A stretch of DNA of 64,000 nucleotides from Dyella sp. GTDB lineage: Bacteria; Pseudomonadota; Gammaproteobacteria; Xanthomonadales; Rhodanobacteraceae. Where the stretch lies: positions 1 through 64,000 of the forward strand of contig NZ_DASSAB010000049.1 in assembly GCF_035685805.1 (NCBI RefSeq). Direction: 5' to 3'. The notes below the pieces were generated by a model. It saw nothing but the letters and a program-made list of their open reading frames with translations. It was not told the DNA's origin and ran no database searches. The position numbers and the translations under genes are program-made. This document shows, piece by piece, positions 40,370-55,207 of this stretch (position 1 is its first letter; every line of letters starts with the position of its first letter).

Positions 40370-40923
40370 TGCTCCAGACATATCCGCAGGCGTATCAGGC
40401 TGCGCCGGATCCAGCTTTTCATGGTTCCCAGCGGCACCCGGCAACGTGCAGCCAAATCGTTATACGTGGCGCCTGAGAAAAAGGCTTCACGGATGGCGGA
40501 CTTCTGTTGCGGCTCGAGGCCGTCGAGGCAGCGCTCCAGTCGCTTGCGCTCCTGGCTGCTCTGGGTGTTGGCGGCGGGGCCGGGGCCCTCGTCGGCGAGA
40601 TCGAGCATCATCGTGTCGTCCATGGTCGACTCACGATGCTGGCGCAGCCGGTCGATCGAGCGGTTGCGCGCCATGGTGACGAGCCACGTGGTGGCGCTGG
40701 CCTTGGACGGATCGAAGCTTTCGGCGCGACGCCATACGGTGGTGAACACCTCCTGCAATACCTCTTCGGCATCGGAGCGATCCCGCAACATGCGCATGCA
40801 CACGCCAAACAAACGTGATGACGTGCGGCGGTAGAGCTCGGCGAACGCCCGCTGATCGTGCCGGCTGGTAGCGGCCAGCAGCTCGGCCAACTCCTCACGC
40901 TCGGTCGTATCGACGGCGCTCAT
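40366..40923 (-). CDS. ECF (sigma-70 family) RNA polymerase sigma factor
   Basis: 185 aa; region 2 (FAELYRRTSSRLFGVCMRML.D...AEEVLQEVF...W) and region 4 HTH (YNDLAARCRVPLGTMKSWIRRSL). Confidence 0.88.
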   Translation of the reverse strand: MSAVDTTEREELAELLAATSRHDQRAFAELYRRTSSRLFGVCMRMLRDRSDAEEVLQEVFTTVWRRAESFDPSKASATTWLVTMARNRSIDRLRQHRESTMDDTMMLDLADEGPGPAANTQSSQERKRLERCLDGLEPQQKSAIREAFFSGATYNDLAARCRVPLGTMKSWIRRSLIRLRICLEQ

Positions 40924-41043
40924 GCAGTCGCGGCCCGGCGCAGAGGCGCAACGCTGGATCGGAGGCAGGTGAAGGTTGTGTGTGTGCGCATGGGTCGAAG
41001 CATGGCTTCTGGCGCTTTCGCGGGCAAGAGGCGCGCGGCCACC

Positions 41044-42933
41044 TCACACCTCCAGCGTCGCGAGGTCGCCTTTTTCCTCCAACCACGACTTGCGGTCGCC
41101 GGCGCGCTTCTTGGCCAGCAGCATGTCCATCAGCCGCGCCGTGCCCTCGCCGTCGTCGACCGTAAGCTGCACCAGCCGGCGGGTGTCGGGGTGAATCGTG
41201 GACTCGCGCAATTGGGCCGGGTTCATCTCGCCCAGCCCCTTGAAGCGTGTGGTGCTGACAGCCCCCTTCATCTTTTCGCGCTCGATGCGATCGAGCATGG
41301 CCTGCTTCTCGCCCTCGTCCAGGCAATAGAAGACCTGCTTGCCCACATCCACGCGGAACAGTGGCGGCATCGCCACGAACACGTGGCCTTCGCGCACCAG
41401 CGCGGGAAAGTGCTTGAGGAACAACGCCGAAAGCAGGGTGGCGATGTGCAGGCCGTCGGAGTCGGCATCGGCCAGGATCACCACTTTGCCGTAGCGCAAC
41501 CCGGAGAGGTCGTCCTTGCCCGGGTCGCAGCCGATGGCTACCGCGAGGTTGTGCACTTCCTCGGAAGCCAGCACCGAGGTGGATTCGACCTCCCAGGTAT
41601 TGAGGATCTTGCCGCGCAGCGGAAGGATCGCCTGGAAATCCTTGTCGCGCGCCTGCTTCGCGCTGCCGCCGGCCGAATCACCCTCCACCAGGAACAGCTC
41701 GGTGCGGGTCAGGTCGGTGGCGCTGCAGTCGGCCAGCTTGCCGGGCAGGGCGGGGCCCTGGGTGATCTTCTTGCGCACCACCTGCTTGGCGGCCTTGAGC
41801 CGTGCGCTGGCACGCTCGATCGCAAGCTGGGCGATCTTCTCGCCCAGATCCACATGCTGGTTGAGCCAGAGGCTGAAGGCATCGTGGATGACGTTTTCCA
41901 CCAGCGCCGCCGCCTGCCGCGACGACAGCCGCTCCTTGGTCTGGCCGGCGAACTGCGGATCCAGCAGCTTCGCGCTGAGCACGAAGGCCAGGCGCTCCCA
42001 CACGTCCTCCGGTGCCAGCTTGACGCCGCGCGGAAGCAGGTTGCGGATGTCGCAGAACTCGCGGATCGCGTTGGTCAGGCCGGTACGCAGGCCGTTGACG
42101 TGGGTGCCGCCCTGCGCGGTGGGAATCAGGTTGACGTAGCTTTCCTGCACCAGCTCGCCTTCCGGGAGCCAGGTCAGGGCCACGTCCAGGCCCTCGGTGT
42201 CGCGCGCCACGTGGTGCACGAACAATTCGGCCGGCAGCGCTTCGGCGCCTTCCAGCTCGCCGCGCAGGTAGTCGCGCAGGCCGTCCTCGTAGTGCCACTG
42301 GATGGTTTCGCCGCTGGCCTCGTCCACCAGGGTGACGTTGAGGCCGGCGCACAGCACGGCCTTGGCGCGCAGCAGGTGCTTGAGCTTGGAGACCAGAATC
42401 TTCGGCGAGTCGAAGTACTTCGGGTCGGCCCAGAAATGCACGGTGGTGCCGGTCTTTTTCTTCGGCACCGTGCCGATGATTTCCAGCTCGCTGACCCGGT
42501 CGCCGTGCTCGAACGCCATGCGGTATTCGTTGCCGTCGCGGCGGATGGTCACCTCGACGCGCTGCGACAGCGCGTTGACCACCGACACACCCACGCCGTG
42601 CAGGCCGCCGGAAAAGTTGTAGTTCTTGCCGTTGAACTTGCCGCCCGCGTGGAGGCGGGTGAGGATCAGCTCGACACCCGGCACGCCCTCTTCCGGGTGG
42701 ATGTCCACCGGCATGCCGCGGCCGTCGTCGGTGACCTTGACCGAGCCATCGGCCAGCAGCACCACCTCGATGTTCCTGGCGTGGCCGGCCAAGGCTTCGT
42801 CCACCGAGTTGTCGATGACCTCCTGCGCCAGATGGTTAGGACGCGAGGTGTCGGTGTACATGCCGGGGCGGCGCTTGACCGGGTCCAGGCCGGAAAGGAC
42901 TTCAATATCGGCGGCGTTGTAGCGACTGCTCAT
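41044..42933 (-). CDS. parE: DNA topoisomerase IV subunit B
   Basis: 630 aa from ATG 42933; GHKL ATPase (EVIDNSVDEALAG), Toprim (EGDSAGGSA), and the length/absence of the GyrB insert favour ParE over GyrB. Confidence 0.8.
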   Translation of the reverse strand: MSSRYNAADIEVLSGLDPVKRRPGMYTDTSRPNHLAQEVIDNSVDEALAGHARNIEVVLLADGSVKVTDDGRGMPVDIHPEEGVPGVELILTRLHAGGKFNGKNYNFSGGLHGVGVSVVNALSQRVEVTIRRDGNEYRMAFEHGDRVSELEIIGTVPKKKTGTTVHFWADPKYFDSPKILVSKLKHLLRAKAVLCAGLNVTLVDEASGETIQWHYEDGLRDYLRGELEGAEALPAELFVHHVARDTEGLDVALTWLPEGELVQESYVNLIPTAQGGTHVNGLRTGLTNAIREFCDIRNLLPRGVKLAPEDVWERLAFVLSAKLLDPQFAGQTKERLSSRQAAALVENVIHDAFSLWLNQHVDLGEKIAQLAIERASARLKAAKQVVRKKITQGPALPGKLADCSATDLTRTELFLVEGDSAGGSAKQARDKDFQAILPLRGKILNTWEVESTSVLASEEVHNLAVAIGCDPGKDDLSGLRYGKVVILADADSDGLHIATLLSALFLKHFPALVREGHVFVAMPPLFRVDVGKQVFYCLDEGEKQAMLDRIEREKMKGAVSTTRFKGLGEMNPAQLRESTIHPDTRRLVQLTVDDGEGTARLMDMLLAKKRAGDRKSWLEEKGDLATLEV

Positions 42934-43054
42934 GGATGGGTTCGATTCAGGCTGAGGCGCGGGAGGATGGGAGGTGCCGCCGGTGGGGTCAAGCTGCGGC
43001 AAGGTCGGCGCGTGAGCCTGTGCGATGGTCGTCTCGCGCGCCGCGACAGGCCGA

Positions 43055-44854
43055 TCAGAGCGGGGCGCAGTGGCGCTCCAGCCAGGCGAGGTCGGCGCCA
43101 TCGAGCAGGGGGCTGAGCGCAGTACGCACGCTGGCGTGGTAGTCGTCGAGCCACGCGCGCTCTTCCGGATTGAGCAGGCCAGGCTCCAGCGCGCGACGGT
43201 CGAACGGACACAGAGTGAGCGTTTCAAAGGCGTAGTAGTCGCCGAACTCGGTCTGCTCCGACTCCACGACCAGGGCCAGGTTCTCGTGCCGGATACCGTG
43301 GCGCGCCGGTTTGTACAGGCCCGGTTCGATCGAGGTGATCATGCCCGGCTCCAGCGCCACCAGGGCGCTGCCGGAGACGGGCGGGCGAATGCCTTGCGGA
43401 CCTTCGTGCACATTGAGGAAGTAGCCCACGCCGTGCCCGGTGCCGTGCCCGTAGTCCATGCCGGCCGCCCACAACGGGGCACGGGCCAGGGCGTCGAGCT
43501 GCGGACCGCTGGCACCCTTGGGAAAGCGCGCGCGGGACAGCGCGATCAACCCCTTCATCACCAGCGTGGCGTCGCGGCGCTGTTCTGCGCTGGTCTCGCC
43601 CAGCGCCAGCACGCGAGTGATGTCGGTGGTGCCGCCGAGGTACTGACCGCCCGAGTCGACCAGCAGCAGGCCCTTGCGCTGCAACGTGCTGTGGCTTTCA
43701 GGTGTGGCCCGGTAGTGGGGCAGTGCGCCGTTTGCCTGGTAACCGGCGATCGTGGCGAAGCTCTCGCCCACGAAATGGGGTTGTGCCGCACGTTCCTCGC
43801 GCACCAAGGTGTCCACGTCGAGCTCGGTCTGCACCATGCCGGCCGCAAGCCGCTCTTCCAGCCGGCGGAACGCCCGCACCAGCGCCGCGCCATCGCGGCG
43901 CATCACCTCACGCACATGCGCCAGCTCGCCGCCGGACTTGCGCGCCTTCAGCGCCATGGAGGGGTTGGGCGCCTCGATTCGCCTGACGGCGTCGCGCACT
44001 GCGTCGGCGACGGCACACACCACACGGGAAGCATCCAGCAGCAACGCGGACGAGCCATCGAGCTCGCGCAGCGCATCGCTCACGCTGCGATAGTCGGCCA
44101 GTTGCAGCCCGTCGGTGGCCAGGGCGGCAACGGTTGCGTCCTGCAACTTGCCGCGGTCGACGAACAAGGTGGCACGGCCGTCCGCCTCGATCAGCAGGTG
44201 GGCCAGGAACACCGGGTTGCATTCGACGTCGCTGCCTCGCAGGTTGGTCAGCCACGCGATGTCGTCGAGGCTGGAGATGAGGTGGTGGGTGGCGCCGTGC
44301 CGGCGCATCGCGCTGCGCACCCGCGCCAGCTTGTCGGCCCGCGCCACGCAGGCCCACTGCATGGCGTGTTCGACCACCGGCGCGCGCGGCAGGGCGGGAC
44401 GGTCGCTCCAGATTTCGCCGGGCAGGTCCAGGTCGGTGCGCAGCGAAGCGCCAACCTCGGCCAGCAGGCGCTCGATCTGGCGCTTTGTTCCCAGCGATAC
44501 GCTGTCACCTGCCACGGCAACGACATCTCCCTGGTGCAGATGCTTCTGCAGCCAGCTCAGATGCTCCGGCGCATGCGACACGTGCTGATTCATCAGCGTG
44601 ATGCCGCTGCCGGCAAGCTGCTGCTCGCCCTGGGAGAAATAGCGCGAATCGGTCCACAGGCCGGCATGGTCCGGCGTGACGAGCAGCGTCCCGGCCGAGC
44701 CGGTGAAGCCGGAAAGCCATTCGCGCGCCGACCAATGCCCGGGGAGGTATTCGGACAGGTGCGGGTCGGCCGTGGGGACGAGGCAGGCGGCGGCGCGGTG
44801 CTCGCGCATGGCGGCGCGCAGGGCGGCGAGACGGTCGGGGACGGGTGAGTTCAT
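43055..44854 (-). CDS. Xaa-Pro aminopeptidase (M24B family, long three-domain form)
   Basis: 599 aa; C-terminal pita-bread fold with metal ligands (HGTGHGVG, EPG); N-terminal creatinase-like domains. Confidence 0.8.
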   Translation of the reverse strand: MNSPVPDRLAALRAAMREHRAAACLVPTADPHLSEYLPGHWSAREWLSGFTGSAGTLLVTPDHAGLWTDSRYFSQGEQQLAGSGITLMNQHVSHAPEHLSWLQKHLHQGDVVAVAGDSVSLGTKRQIERLLAEVGASLRTDLDLPGEIWSDRPALPRAPVVEHAMQWACVARADKLARVRSAMRRHGATHHLISSLDDIAWLTNLRGSDVECNPVFLAHLLIEADGRATLFVDRGKLQDATVAALATDGLQLADYRSVSDALRELDGSSALLLDASRVVCAVADAVRDAVRRIEAPNPSMALKARKSGGELAHVREVMRRDGAALVRAFRRLEERLAAGMVQTELDVDTLVREERAAQPHFVGESFATIAGYQANGALPHYRATPESHSTLQRKGLLLVDSGGQYLGGTTDITRVLALGETSAEQRRDATLVMKGLIALSRARFPKGASGPQLDALARAPLWAAGMDYGHGTGHGVGYFLNVHEGPQGIRPPVSGSALVALEPGMITSIEPGLYKPARHGIRHENLALVVESEQTEFGDYYAFETLTLCPFDRRALEPGLLNPEERAWLDDYHASVRTALSPLLDGADLAWLERHCAPL

Positions 44855-44975
44855 GCGGCCATGCTATCAGCGCGCCGTCGCGGCGCGCCCCGCGGGGTAG
44901 GTTCGCGTGAACCGATTCCCGGCGATTTGCTCAAGGTGTATCGCGGTCCGGCCCGTCTGCCGCTAAAATGCCTAA

Positions 44976-47500
<2,525 letters not shown>

Positions 47501-47514
47501 CAGCCCGGTAGGAG

Positions 47515-47580
47515 CCCGCTCGCGGGCGATGCTTTCTGCTTTTGTGCAGCATCAAAGCGAGAGCATCGCCCGCGAGCGGG
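47515..47580. repeat. Large perfect inverted repeat (19-nt arms CCCGCTCGCGGGCGATGCT / AGCATCGCCCGCGAGCGGG, 28-nt spacer with an inner palindromic segment) between kdsA and eno
   Basis: Read directly; arms are exact reverse complements; lies in the 127-bp kdsA-eno spacer. Confidence 0.6.
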
Positions 47581-47612
47581 ATCCTACGGTGCACTGACAT
47601 CCACACGACTGA

Positions 47613-48941
<1,329 letters not shown>

Positions 48942-48957
48942 GCCGGACCCGACCGCC

Positions 48958-49293
48958 ATGTTGCGCTGGGTCGCGCTGATCCTGCTGGTCATGTTGATCG
49001 CCCTGCAGATGAAGCTGTGGAGCGACGCCGGCGGCATGCGTGAGGTCGAGGCACTGCGTGCAGCGGTGAAGAAGCAAGCCGAGGACAACCGCCACCTGCA
49101 GCAGCGCAACCAGGCGCTGGCCGCGGACGTGGCCGACCTGAAAGAGGGCGAGCAGGCGGTAGAGGCACGCGCGCGTGCAGAGCTGGGCCTGATCAAGCCG
49201 GGCGAAACCTTCTACCAGGTGGTTGAAAAGCCCGCGGGCGTGGATGCCTCGTCGCCTGCGGCGGCCGCTACCGCGGATGATCCGCGGCCATGA
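48958..49293 (+). CDS. ftsB: Cell division protein FtsB
   Basis: ~111 aa; N-terminal TM then coiled coil (LQQRNQALAADVADLKEG) and GLIKPGE motif; eno-ftsB-ispD synteny. Confidence 0.8.
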   Translation: MLRWVALILLVMLIALQMKLWSDAGGMREVEALRAAVKKQAEDNRHLQQRNQALAADVADLKEGEQAVEARARAELGLIKPGETFYQVVEKPAGVDASSPAAAATADDPRP

Positions 49294-49985
49294 GCACCGC
49301 GCCACTGTGGTGCGTGGTCCCGGCCGCCGGGCGCGGTGCGCGCGTGGGCGGTGACCGCCCCAAGCAGTACCTGCCGATCGCGGGCCGCGCGCTCATCGAA
49401 CACACGCTGGAGCGGCTCGCCACGCATCCACGCATCGCAGGTCTGATGGTGATCCTGGCGCCGGATGACGGATTCTGGCCCGGCTTCGAGCAACTTCACG
49501 GCACGCCGGTGCGGGTCGCGACGGGTGGTGCGGAGCGCTCCGACTCGGTGCTCGCCGGGCTCGAGGCGCTGCCGGCCGAGGTTCACGCGGACGACTTCGT
49601 GCTGGTGCACGACGCAGCGCGCCCGTGCGTGCGTGCCGCGGACATCACCCGTTTGATCGCACACGCCGGCGCTGGCGACGGCGGGCTGCTCGGGGCGCCG
49701 CTACGCGATACGCTCAAGCGCGCCGACCGCCAGCACCACAGCATTGCAACCGAGCCGCGCGAGCTGCGCTGGCGCGCTTTCACGCCACAGATGTTCCGGC
49801 GTGGTCCACTGGCCGCGGCGCTGCGTGCCTGCAGCGCCGAAGGCATCGCGGTGAGCGACGAGGCGATGGCGATGGAGAGCGCCGGACACGCGCCGCTGCT
49901 GGTGGAGGGGGCGGAAGACAATCTCAAGGTGACTACCGCCGCGGATTACGCGCTGGCCGAGTTCCTGCTGGCGAGGACGTCGTGA
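49290..49985 (+). CDS. ispD: 2-C-methyl-D-erythritol 4-phosphate cytidylyltransferase
   Basis: VVPAAGRGARVG...KQYL motif; 231 aa; overlaps the ftsB stop. Confidence 0.9.
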   Translation: MSTAPLWCVVPAAGRGARVGGDRPKQYLPIAGRALIEHTLERLATHPRIAGLMVILAPDDGFWPGFEQLHGTPVRVATGGAERSDSVLAGLEALPAEVHADDFVLVHDAARPCVRAADITRLIAHAGAGDGGLLGAPLRDTLKRADRQHHSIATEPRELRWRAFTPQMFRRGPLAAALRACSAEGIAVSDEAMAMESAGHAPLLVEGAEDNLKVTTAADYALAEFLLARTS

Positions 49986-50004
49986 TGGATGAGGGTATGC
50001 AGGC

Positions 50005-50478
50005 GTGAGGATCGGCCAGGGTTTCGACGTACATGCATTCGGCGCGGGCGAGTTCGTCACGCTGGGCGGCGTGCGGGTGCCGCACGACCGCGGCGTTACC
50101 GCGCATTCCGACGGCGACGTGGTGATCCATGCCCTCTGTGACGCCATTTTCGGGGCCCTCGCGCTGGGTGACATCGGCAAGCACTTTCCGCCTTCGGACG
50201 AACAATGGCGTGGGGCTGACAGTCGCGTGTTCCTGCGTCATGCCGCTGCGCTGATGGTCGACCAGGGCTACCGCCTCGGCAACGCCGACGTCACGGTGAT
50301 CGCCGAGGCGCCGAAGGTCGGGCCGCATGCCGCGGCCATGCGCGCTCACCTCGCTGCCGACCTCGGATGCGCAGTCGACCGGATCAGCATCAAGGCCACC
50401 ACCACCGAGCGGCTCGGCTTCACCGGCCGTGGCGAAGGCATCGCCGCGCAAGCCTGCGTGCTGCTGGAGCGCGCATGA
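50005..50478 (+). CDS. ispF: 2-C-methyl-D-erythritol 2,4-cyclodiphosphate synthase
   Basis: GTG start; [12 protein letters not shown]...HSDGDV canonical IspF metal-binding motifs; 157 aa. Confidence 0.92.
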   Translation: MRIGQGFDVHAFGAGEFVTLGGVRVPHDRGVTAHSDGDVVIHALCDAIFGALALGDIGKHFPPSDEQWRGADSRVFLRHAAALMVDQGYRLGNADVTVIAEAPKVGPHAAAMRAHLAADLGCAVDRISIKATTTERLGFTGRGEGIAAQACVLLERA

Positions 50479-51929
50479 GCGAAACCGAGGCCCGCGGTTC
50501 CGGCAACCGGCTGCACGAGCAGCTGGAAACCATTGTCGAGCTGTTGCGGCAGCAGTCGCGCATGCGCGACGAGCTGGACGAGCTGCGCGACGCCGGCGCA
50601 AGCCCGGTGGACCGCGCGCCCATTGCCGAAGCCCTGAAGGACAGCGCCGAGGTGCTGCAGCAGCAGCTCGATCCGCTGCATCCGGCGGATATCGCCTTCA
50701 TCCTCGAGTCGCTGCCGCTGGATGACCGCATTGCGGTATGGCAACGCGTGCGCGCGGATCGTGACGGCGAGATCCTGCTGGAGGTATCCGATTCGGTCCG
50801 CGAATCGCTGATCGCGGACATGGATCAGGGCGAGATCATGGCGGCGGTCGAGCCGCTGGACGCGGACGAACTGGCCGACCTGGTCGAAGACCTGCCCACC
50901 GAGGTGCTGCCCGAGCTGATGGCCAGCCTCGATGCGCAGCAGCGCGAGCGCGTGCAGTCGGCGCTGTCTTACGAGGAAGACCAGCTCGGCGCGTTGATGG
51001 ACTTCGAGATGGTGACCATCCGGGAGGATGTGAGCCTGGAAACGGTGCTGCGCTACCTGCGCCGCTTCGAGGAGCTGCCCGCGCAGACCGACAAGCTGTT
51101 CGTGGTCAACAGCGACAACCTGCTCACCGGCGTGCTGCCGCTGCACTGGTTGCTGGTCAACTCCCCGGACAAGATGGTCGGCGAGGTGATGGCGCCGGAC
51201 GTCAACACGTTCCATCCGCATGACGATGCCTACGAGGTCGCCCAGGCGTTCGAGCGCTACGACCTGGTCACGGCGCCGGTGGTGGACGAAGGCGGCCACC
51301 TGATCGGACGCATCACCGTGGACGCCATGGTCGACGTGATCCGCGAGGAAGGCGAGAGCGAAGCGCTCAGCCGCGGCGGCTTGCGCGAGGAGGAGGACAT
51401 CTTCGCCTCGGTCTGGGCCAGCCTGCGCAACCGCTGGTCGTGGCTGGCGATAAACCTGGTGACTGCCTTCATCGCCTCGCGCGTGATCGGCCTGTTCGAG
51501 GGCTCGATCCAGAAGCTGGTGGCGCTGGCCACGCTGATGCCGATCGTGGCCGGCATCGGCGGCAATTCCGGCAACCAGACCATCACCATGATCGTGCGGG
51601 CCATGGCGCTGAACCAGATCACCCCAGACAGCGCCCGGCGACTCTGGCGCAAGGAGCTGGCCGTGTCGCTGTTCAACGGGCTGGTGTGGGGTGGCGTGAT
51701 CGGGGTGGTGTCGTACCTGCTGTACAGCAACGTCGCGCTCGGCGTGGTGATGACCGCCGCCATGACGCTGAACCTGCTGCTGGCGGCCTTCGCCGGGGTC
51801 GGCATCCCGATGCTGATGACCCGCTTTGGCCGCGACCCGGCGCTGGGCTCCAGTGTGCTGATCACCGCCATGACCGACAGTGGCGGTTTCTTCATTTTTC
51901 TCGGTCTGGCCACGCTGTTCCTGATGTAG
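50475..51929 (+). CDS. mgtE: Magnesium transporter MgtE
   Basis: ATG overlaps the ispF stop; N-domain, tandem CBS domains, C-terminal 5-TM domain with GGNSGNQ pore motif; 484 aa. Confidence 0.9.
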   Translation: MSETEARGSGNRLHEQLETIVELLRQQSRMRDELDELRDAGASPVDRAPIAEALKDSAEVLQQQLDPLHPADIAFILESLPLDDRIAVWQRVRADRDGEILLEVSDSVRESLIADMDQGEIMAAVEPLDADELADLVEDLPTEVLPELMASLDAQQRERVQSALSYEEDQLGALMDFEMVTIREDVSLETVLRYLRRFEELPAQTDKLFVVNSDNLLTGVLPLHWLLVNSPDKMVGEVMAPDVNTFHPHDDAYEVAQAFERYDLVTAPVVDEGGHLIGRITVDAMVDVIREEGESEALSRGGLREEEDIFASVWASLRNRWSWLAINLVTAFIASRVIGLFEGSIQKLVALATLMPIVAGIGGNSGNQTITMIVRAMALNQITPDSARRLWRKELAVSLFNGLVWGGVIGVVSYLLYSNVALGVVMTAAMTLNLLLAAFAGVGIPMLMTRFGRDPALGSSVLITAMTDSGGFFIFLGLATLFLM

Positions 51930-51965
51930 CCGACCGTTCTTGCGGCCGGTCTGCCGGCGGAGCGC

Positions 51966-52989
51966 GATGCCTGTTTCCGAACTTCCCACCGCCTACGGCG
52001 CCGTGCCGCTGACGGCACGCCTGCGCACCACGCCCGAAGACTTCGTGGTGGAGGAGATCCTCGGCTACGACGCCGAAGGGCAGGGCGAGCACGCACTGTT
52101 GTGGGTGGAAAAGCGCGGCGCCAACACCGACTGGGTGGCGCGTGAGTTGGCGAAGTTCGCCGACGTCGCGCCGATGAACGTCGGTTACGCCGGCTTGAAA
52201 GACCGTCATGCGGTGACCCGCCAGACCTTCTCGGTGCAGCTGCCGGGGCGCCCTGATCCGGACTGGTCCGCATTTCCGCACGCGGAGGTTCGCGTGCTGG
52301 CAGCGACGCGGCATAGCCGCAAGCTCAAGCGCGGCGCCCTGCGTGGCAACCGCTTCGTGTTGATCCTGCGTGATGTGCAGGGCGTGCGGGAGGAGGCCGA
52401 GCGGGTGCTGCAGCAGATTGCCGCCCGCGGCGTCCCGAACTACTTCGGCGAGCAGCGCTTCGGCCGCGAGGGCGGCAACCTGGCGCAGGCGCGTGCCATG
52501 TTCGCCGGACGCCGGATCGACCGGGACAAGCGTTCGTTCCTGCTCTCGGCGGCGCGCTCGCAGATCTTCAACAGCGTGCTGGCCAGCCGCGTGGAGCAGG
52601 GCAGCTGGGACACCGCGCTGGAAGGAGAGATCTGGGCGCTGGCCGGATCGCGCTCGTGGTTCGGCCCGGAGCCGTTCGACGGCGCGCTGGCTGCGCGGCT
52701 ATCCCAGGGCGACATTCATCCGTCCGGCCCGCTCTGGGGCGATGGCGAGCCACCGACCACCGGCGAGGTGGGGGCTCTGGAACGGGCCGTCGCCGCTGGC
52801 TATGCCGACCTCGCGCAGGGCCTTGCCAGGGCGCGGATGGATCAGGAGCGCCGGGCCCTGCGCCTGATGCCGAGGGAACTGCGCTGGCGCTGGCTCGATG
52901 ACGCAGCGCTGGAACTGGCGTTCGAACTCCCTGCCGGCGCTTACGCGACGGTGGTGGTGCGGGAGCTGGCGACGGAGCCGGCCGCTTAA
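51966..52989 (+). CDS. truD: tRNA pseudouridine(13) synthase TruD
   Basis: TruD family blocks (FVVEE, GLKDRHAVTRQ catalytic Asp, RFVLILRDV); start could be 51940 or 51966. Confidence 0.85.
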
Positions 52990-53042
52990 GCAGGTGTTGC
53001 CAGCGCCTCTGGTGCCGCTGACCGACTGCCCCAGAGCGAACG

Positions 53043-53588
53043 CTAGCGTTTCAGCAACACGACCACCGCGCCGGTGCCCCCCAGGGCGGGGCGTGCGGAG
53101 GCGAAGGCGATCACCTCGTCGCGCCGTCGCAGCATGCGGTCGGTGAGTGCCTTGAGCACGGGCCCGGCCGCCTTGGACCGCAACCCCTTGCCGTGCACGA
53201 TGCGCACGCAGCGAAGTCCGGCACGCCGTGCTTCGGCGAGGAAGTCGGTGATGCTCGCCTGCGCCGCGGCCGCGTTCATGTGGTGCAGGTCCAGATCGTC
53301 CTGCACGCTGAAGTGCCCGCGCTTGAGTTGCTTCAGCAGCTTGGGCGGATACCCGTCGTGCAGGAAGCTCAGTTCCTCGCCCACCTCCAGCAGCGCGGGG
53401 TCGAACGCCATGTCGAGCAGCTCGCCAGGTACGGCCGCCTCGTCCTGTTCGAACATGCGGGCTCGCGGCGGCGGTTTCGGCGCTGGCGGCGGCCCGGCCA
53501 CGGCGTCGAACTGGCGGACCTCGCCGATGGCTTCCCGGAATAACCTGGCGTCGTCGTCGGTGATCCGCGTTGGCGTGCGCCCTTTCAT
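53043..53588 (-). CDS. Smr-domain protein (SmrA/YdaL-like)
   Basis: 181 aa; C-terminal Smr domain (DLHHMNAAAAQASI...RCVRIVHGKGLRS). Confidence 0.75.
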   Translation of the reverse strand: MKGRTPTRITDDDARLFREAIGEVRQFDAVAGPPPAPKPPPRARMFEQDEAAVPGELLDMAFDPALLEVGEELSFLHDGYPPKLLKQLKRGHFSVQDDLDLHHMNAAAAQASITDFLAEARRAGLRCVRIVHGKGLRSKAAGPVLKALTDRMLRRRDEVIAFASARPALGGTGAVVVLLKR

Positions 53589-53742
53589 GCGCCCATGCTA
53601 CCCAAACTGAGCAGGCGCCGCGGCGCGAGGATTACCGGCGACGCGATGAAACCGGCGACACCCTCGGTTAGACTCGCCCTCTTGCACTCAGGCATTGCAG
53701 CCGGCTCCACCGCTGCCTGCCAACGGCTTTCGACGGATCAAC

Positions 53743-54522
53743 ATGCGAGTTCTGGTAAGCAACGATGATGGCGTGGATGCACCGGGCATCCGCGTGCTCG
53801 CCGAGCGTCTCGGCGCGGTGGGTGAGGTGACCGTGGTCGCGCCGGACCGTGACCGCTCTGGCGCCAGCAATTCGCTGACGCTCGATGCACCGATCCGGGT
53901 GCTGCGGATGGACAACGGCTTCTATCGGGTCGCAGGTACCCCTACCGACTGCGTGCACCTGGCCCTGGCGGGGTTGCTCGAGGAGGAACCGCACATCGTC
54001 GTGTCGGGCATCAACAATTCGGCCAACCTTGGCGACGACGTGATCTATTCGGGCACCGTCTCTGCCGCCATGGAAGGGCGTTTCCTTGGGTTGCCGGCGA
54101 TCGCGGTATCGCTGGCCAGTCGCGACCATCGCGGCGAGCACTACGAGTCAGCGGCGCGAGCCGTGGTGATGCTGATGGAGCGGCTGCTGGTCGATCCGCT
54201 GCCCGCGGACACCATCCTCAACGTCAACGTGCCGGACCTGCCATGGGAGCAGATCCAGGGGTTCGAGGTGGCACGCCTGGGCAAGCGCCATCGCGCGGAT
54301 GCATGCATCGAGCAGACCGATCCGCGCGGTCGTCCGATGTGGTGGATCGGCCCGGCGGGTGACGCGGAAGACGACGGCCCGGGTACCGATTTCCACGCGG
54401 TGCGCCGGGGCTATGTCTCGGTCACGCCGATCCACGTCGACCTGACCCGTTACCAGGCGCTGGAGAAGGTCAGCGGCTGGATGCAGGCGATGACCGCCGC
54501 AATCGACGCCCCGGCGGCCTGA
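53743..54522 (+). CDS. surE: 5'/3'-nucleotidase SurE
   Basis: [16 protein letters not shown] canonical SurE N-terminus; 259 aa; surE-pcm-nlpD synteny. Confidence 0.92.
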   Translation: MRVLVSNDDGVDAPGIRVLAERLGAVGEVTVVAPDRDRSGASNSLTLDAPIRVLRMDNGFYRVAGTPTDCVHLALAGLLEEEPHIVVSGINNSANLGDDVIYSGTVSAAMEGRFLGLPAIAVSLASRDHRGEHYESAARAVVMLMERLLVDPLPADTILNVNVPDLPWEQIQGFEVARLGKRHRADACIEQTDPRGRPMWWIGPAGDAEDDGPGTDFHAVRRGYVSVTPIHVDLTRYQALEKVSGWMQAMTAAIDAPAA

Positions 54523-54571
54523 CGCGATGAACATCCATCCGCTGCCGCCATCGGCTCTCAAGGGCGAAGGG

Positions 54572-55207
54572 ATGACGTCCCAGCGCGCGCGCGACCGCCT
54601 TGCGTCCGCACTGAAGGAAGGCGGGATCCGCGACGCCCGCGTGATCGACGTGATCCGCCATCTTCCACGGCATCATTTCATCGACCAGGCGCTGCACTCG
54701 CGCGCGTACGAGAACACCGCGCTGCCGATCGGCCACGGCCAGACCATCTCGCAGCCGTGGGTCGTGGCGCGCATGACCGAGGCCCTGCTCGAGTTCGGGA
54801 TGCCGCAGAAAGTGCTGGAGATCGGCACCGGCTCGGGCTACCAGGCCGCGGTGCTGTCAGCGCTGGTACCGAAGGTCTACACGGTCGAGCGAATCGAGGA
54901 ACTGCTGCGCCAGGCGCGTCGGCGATTCCGTCAGCTGGGCATCGAGAATCTCCGCTCGCGCCATGACGACGGCAAGCTTGGCTGGCCTGACGAGGGCCCG
55001 TTTGATGCCGTCATCCTCACGGCCGCGGGTGACGCCATTCCGCACGCGATCCTGGATCAGATGACGCCCACGGGGGTGCTGGTGGCTCCGGTCGGTTCCC
55101 CAAGCAGCCAGACGCTCATCCGCATCCGCGGCGATGGGCAGGGCGACTTCGTCCAGGAAGAACTCGGCGCAGTCAGCTTCGTTCCGCTGCTGGGCGGCAT
55201 CGGCTGA
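54572..55207 (+). CDS. pcm: Protein-L-isoaspartate O-methyltransferase
   Basis: SAM motif [28 protein letters not shown]; start at MTSQRARD (54572) fits Pcm length, alternative upstream ATG at 54527. Confidence 0.88.
   Translation: MTSQRARDRLASALKEGGIRDARVIDVIRHLPRHHFIDQALHSRAYENTALPIGHGQTISQPWVVARMTEALLEFGMPQKVLEIGTGSGYQAAVLSALVPKVYTVERIEELLRQARRRFRQLGIENLRSRHDDGKLGWPDEGPFDAVILTAAGDAIPHAILDQMTPTGVLVAPVGSPSSQTLIRIRGDGQGDFVQEELGAVSFVPLLGGIG

Noticed and set aside
38639-44848. Long plus-strand ORFs (38639-40834, 40858-43116, 43025-44848) opposite the fasciclin/sigma/parE/pepP genes
   Set aside because: All antisense to well-supported minus-strand genes; no conserved motifs.
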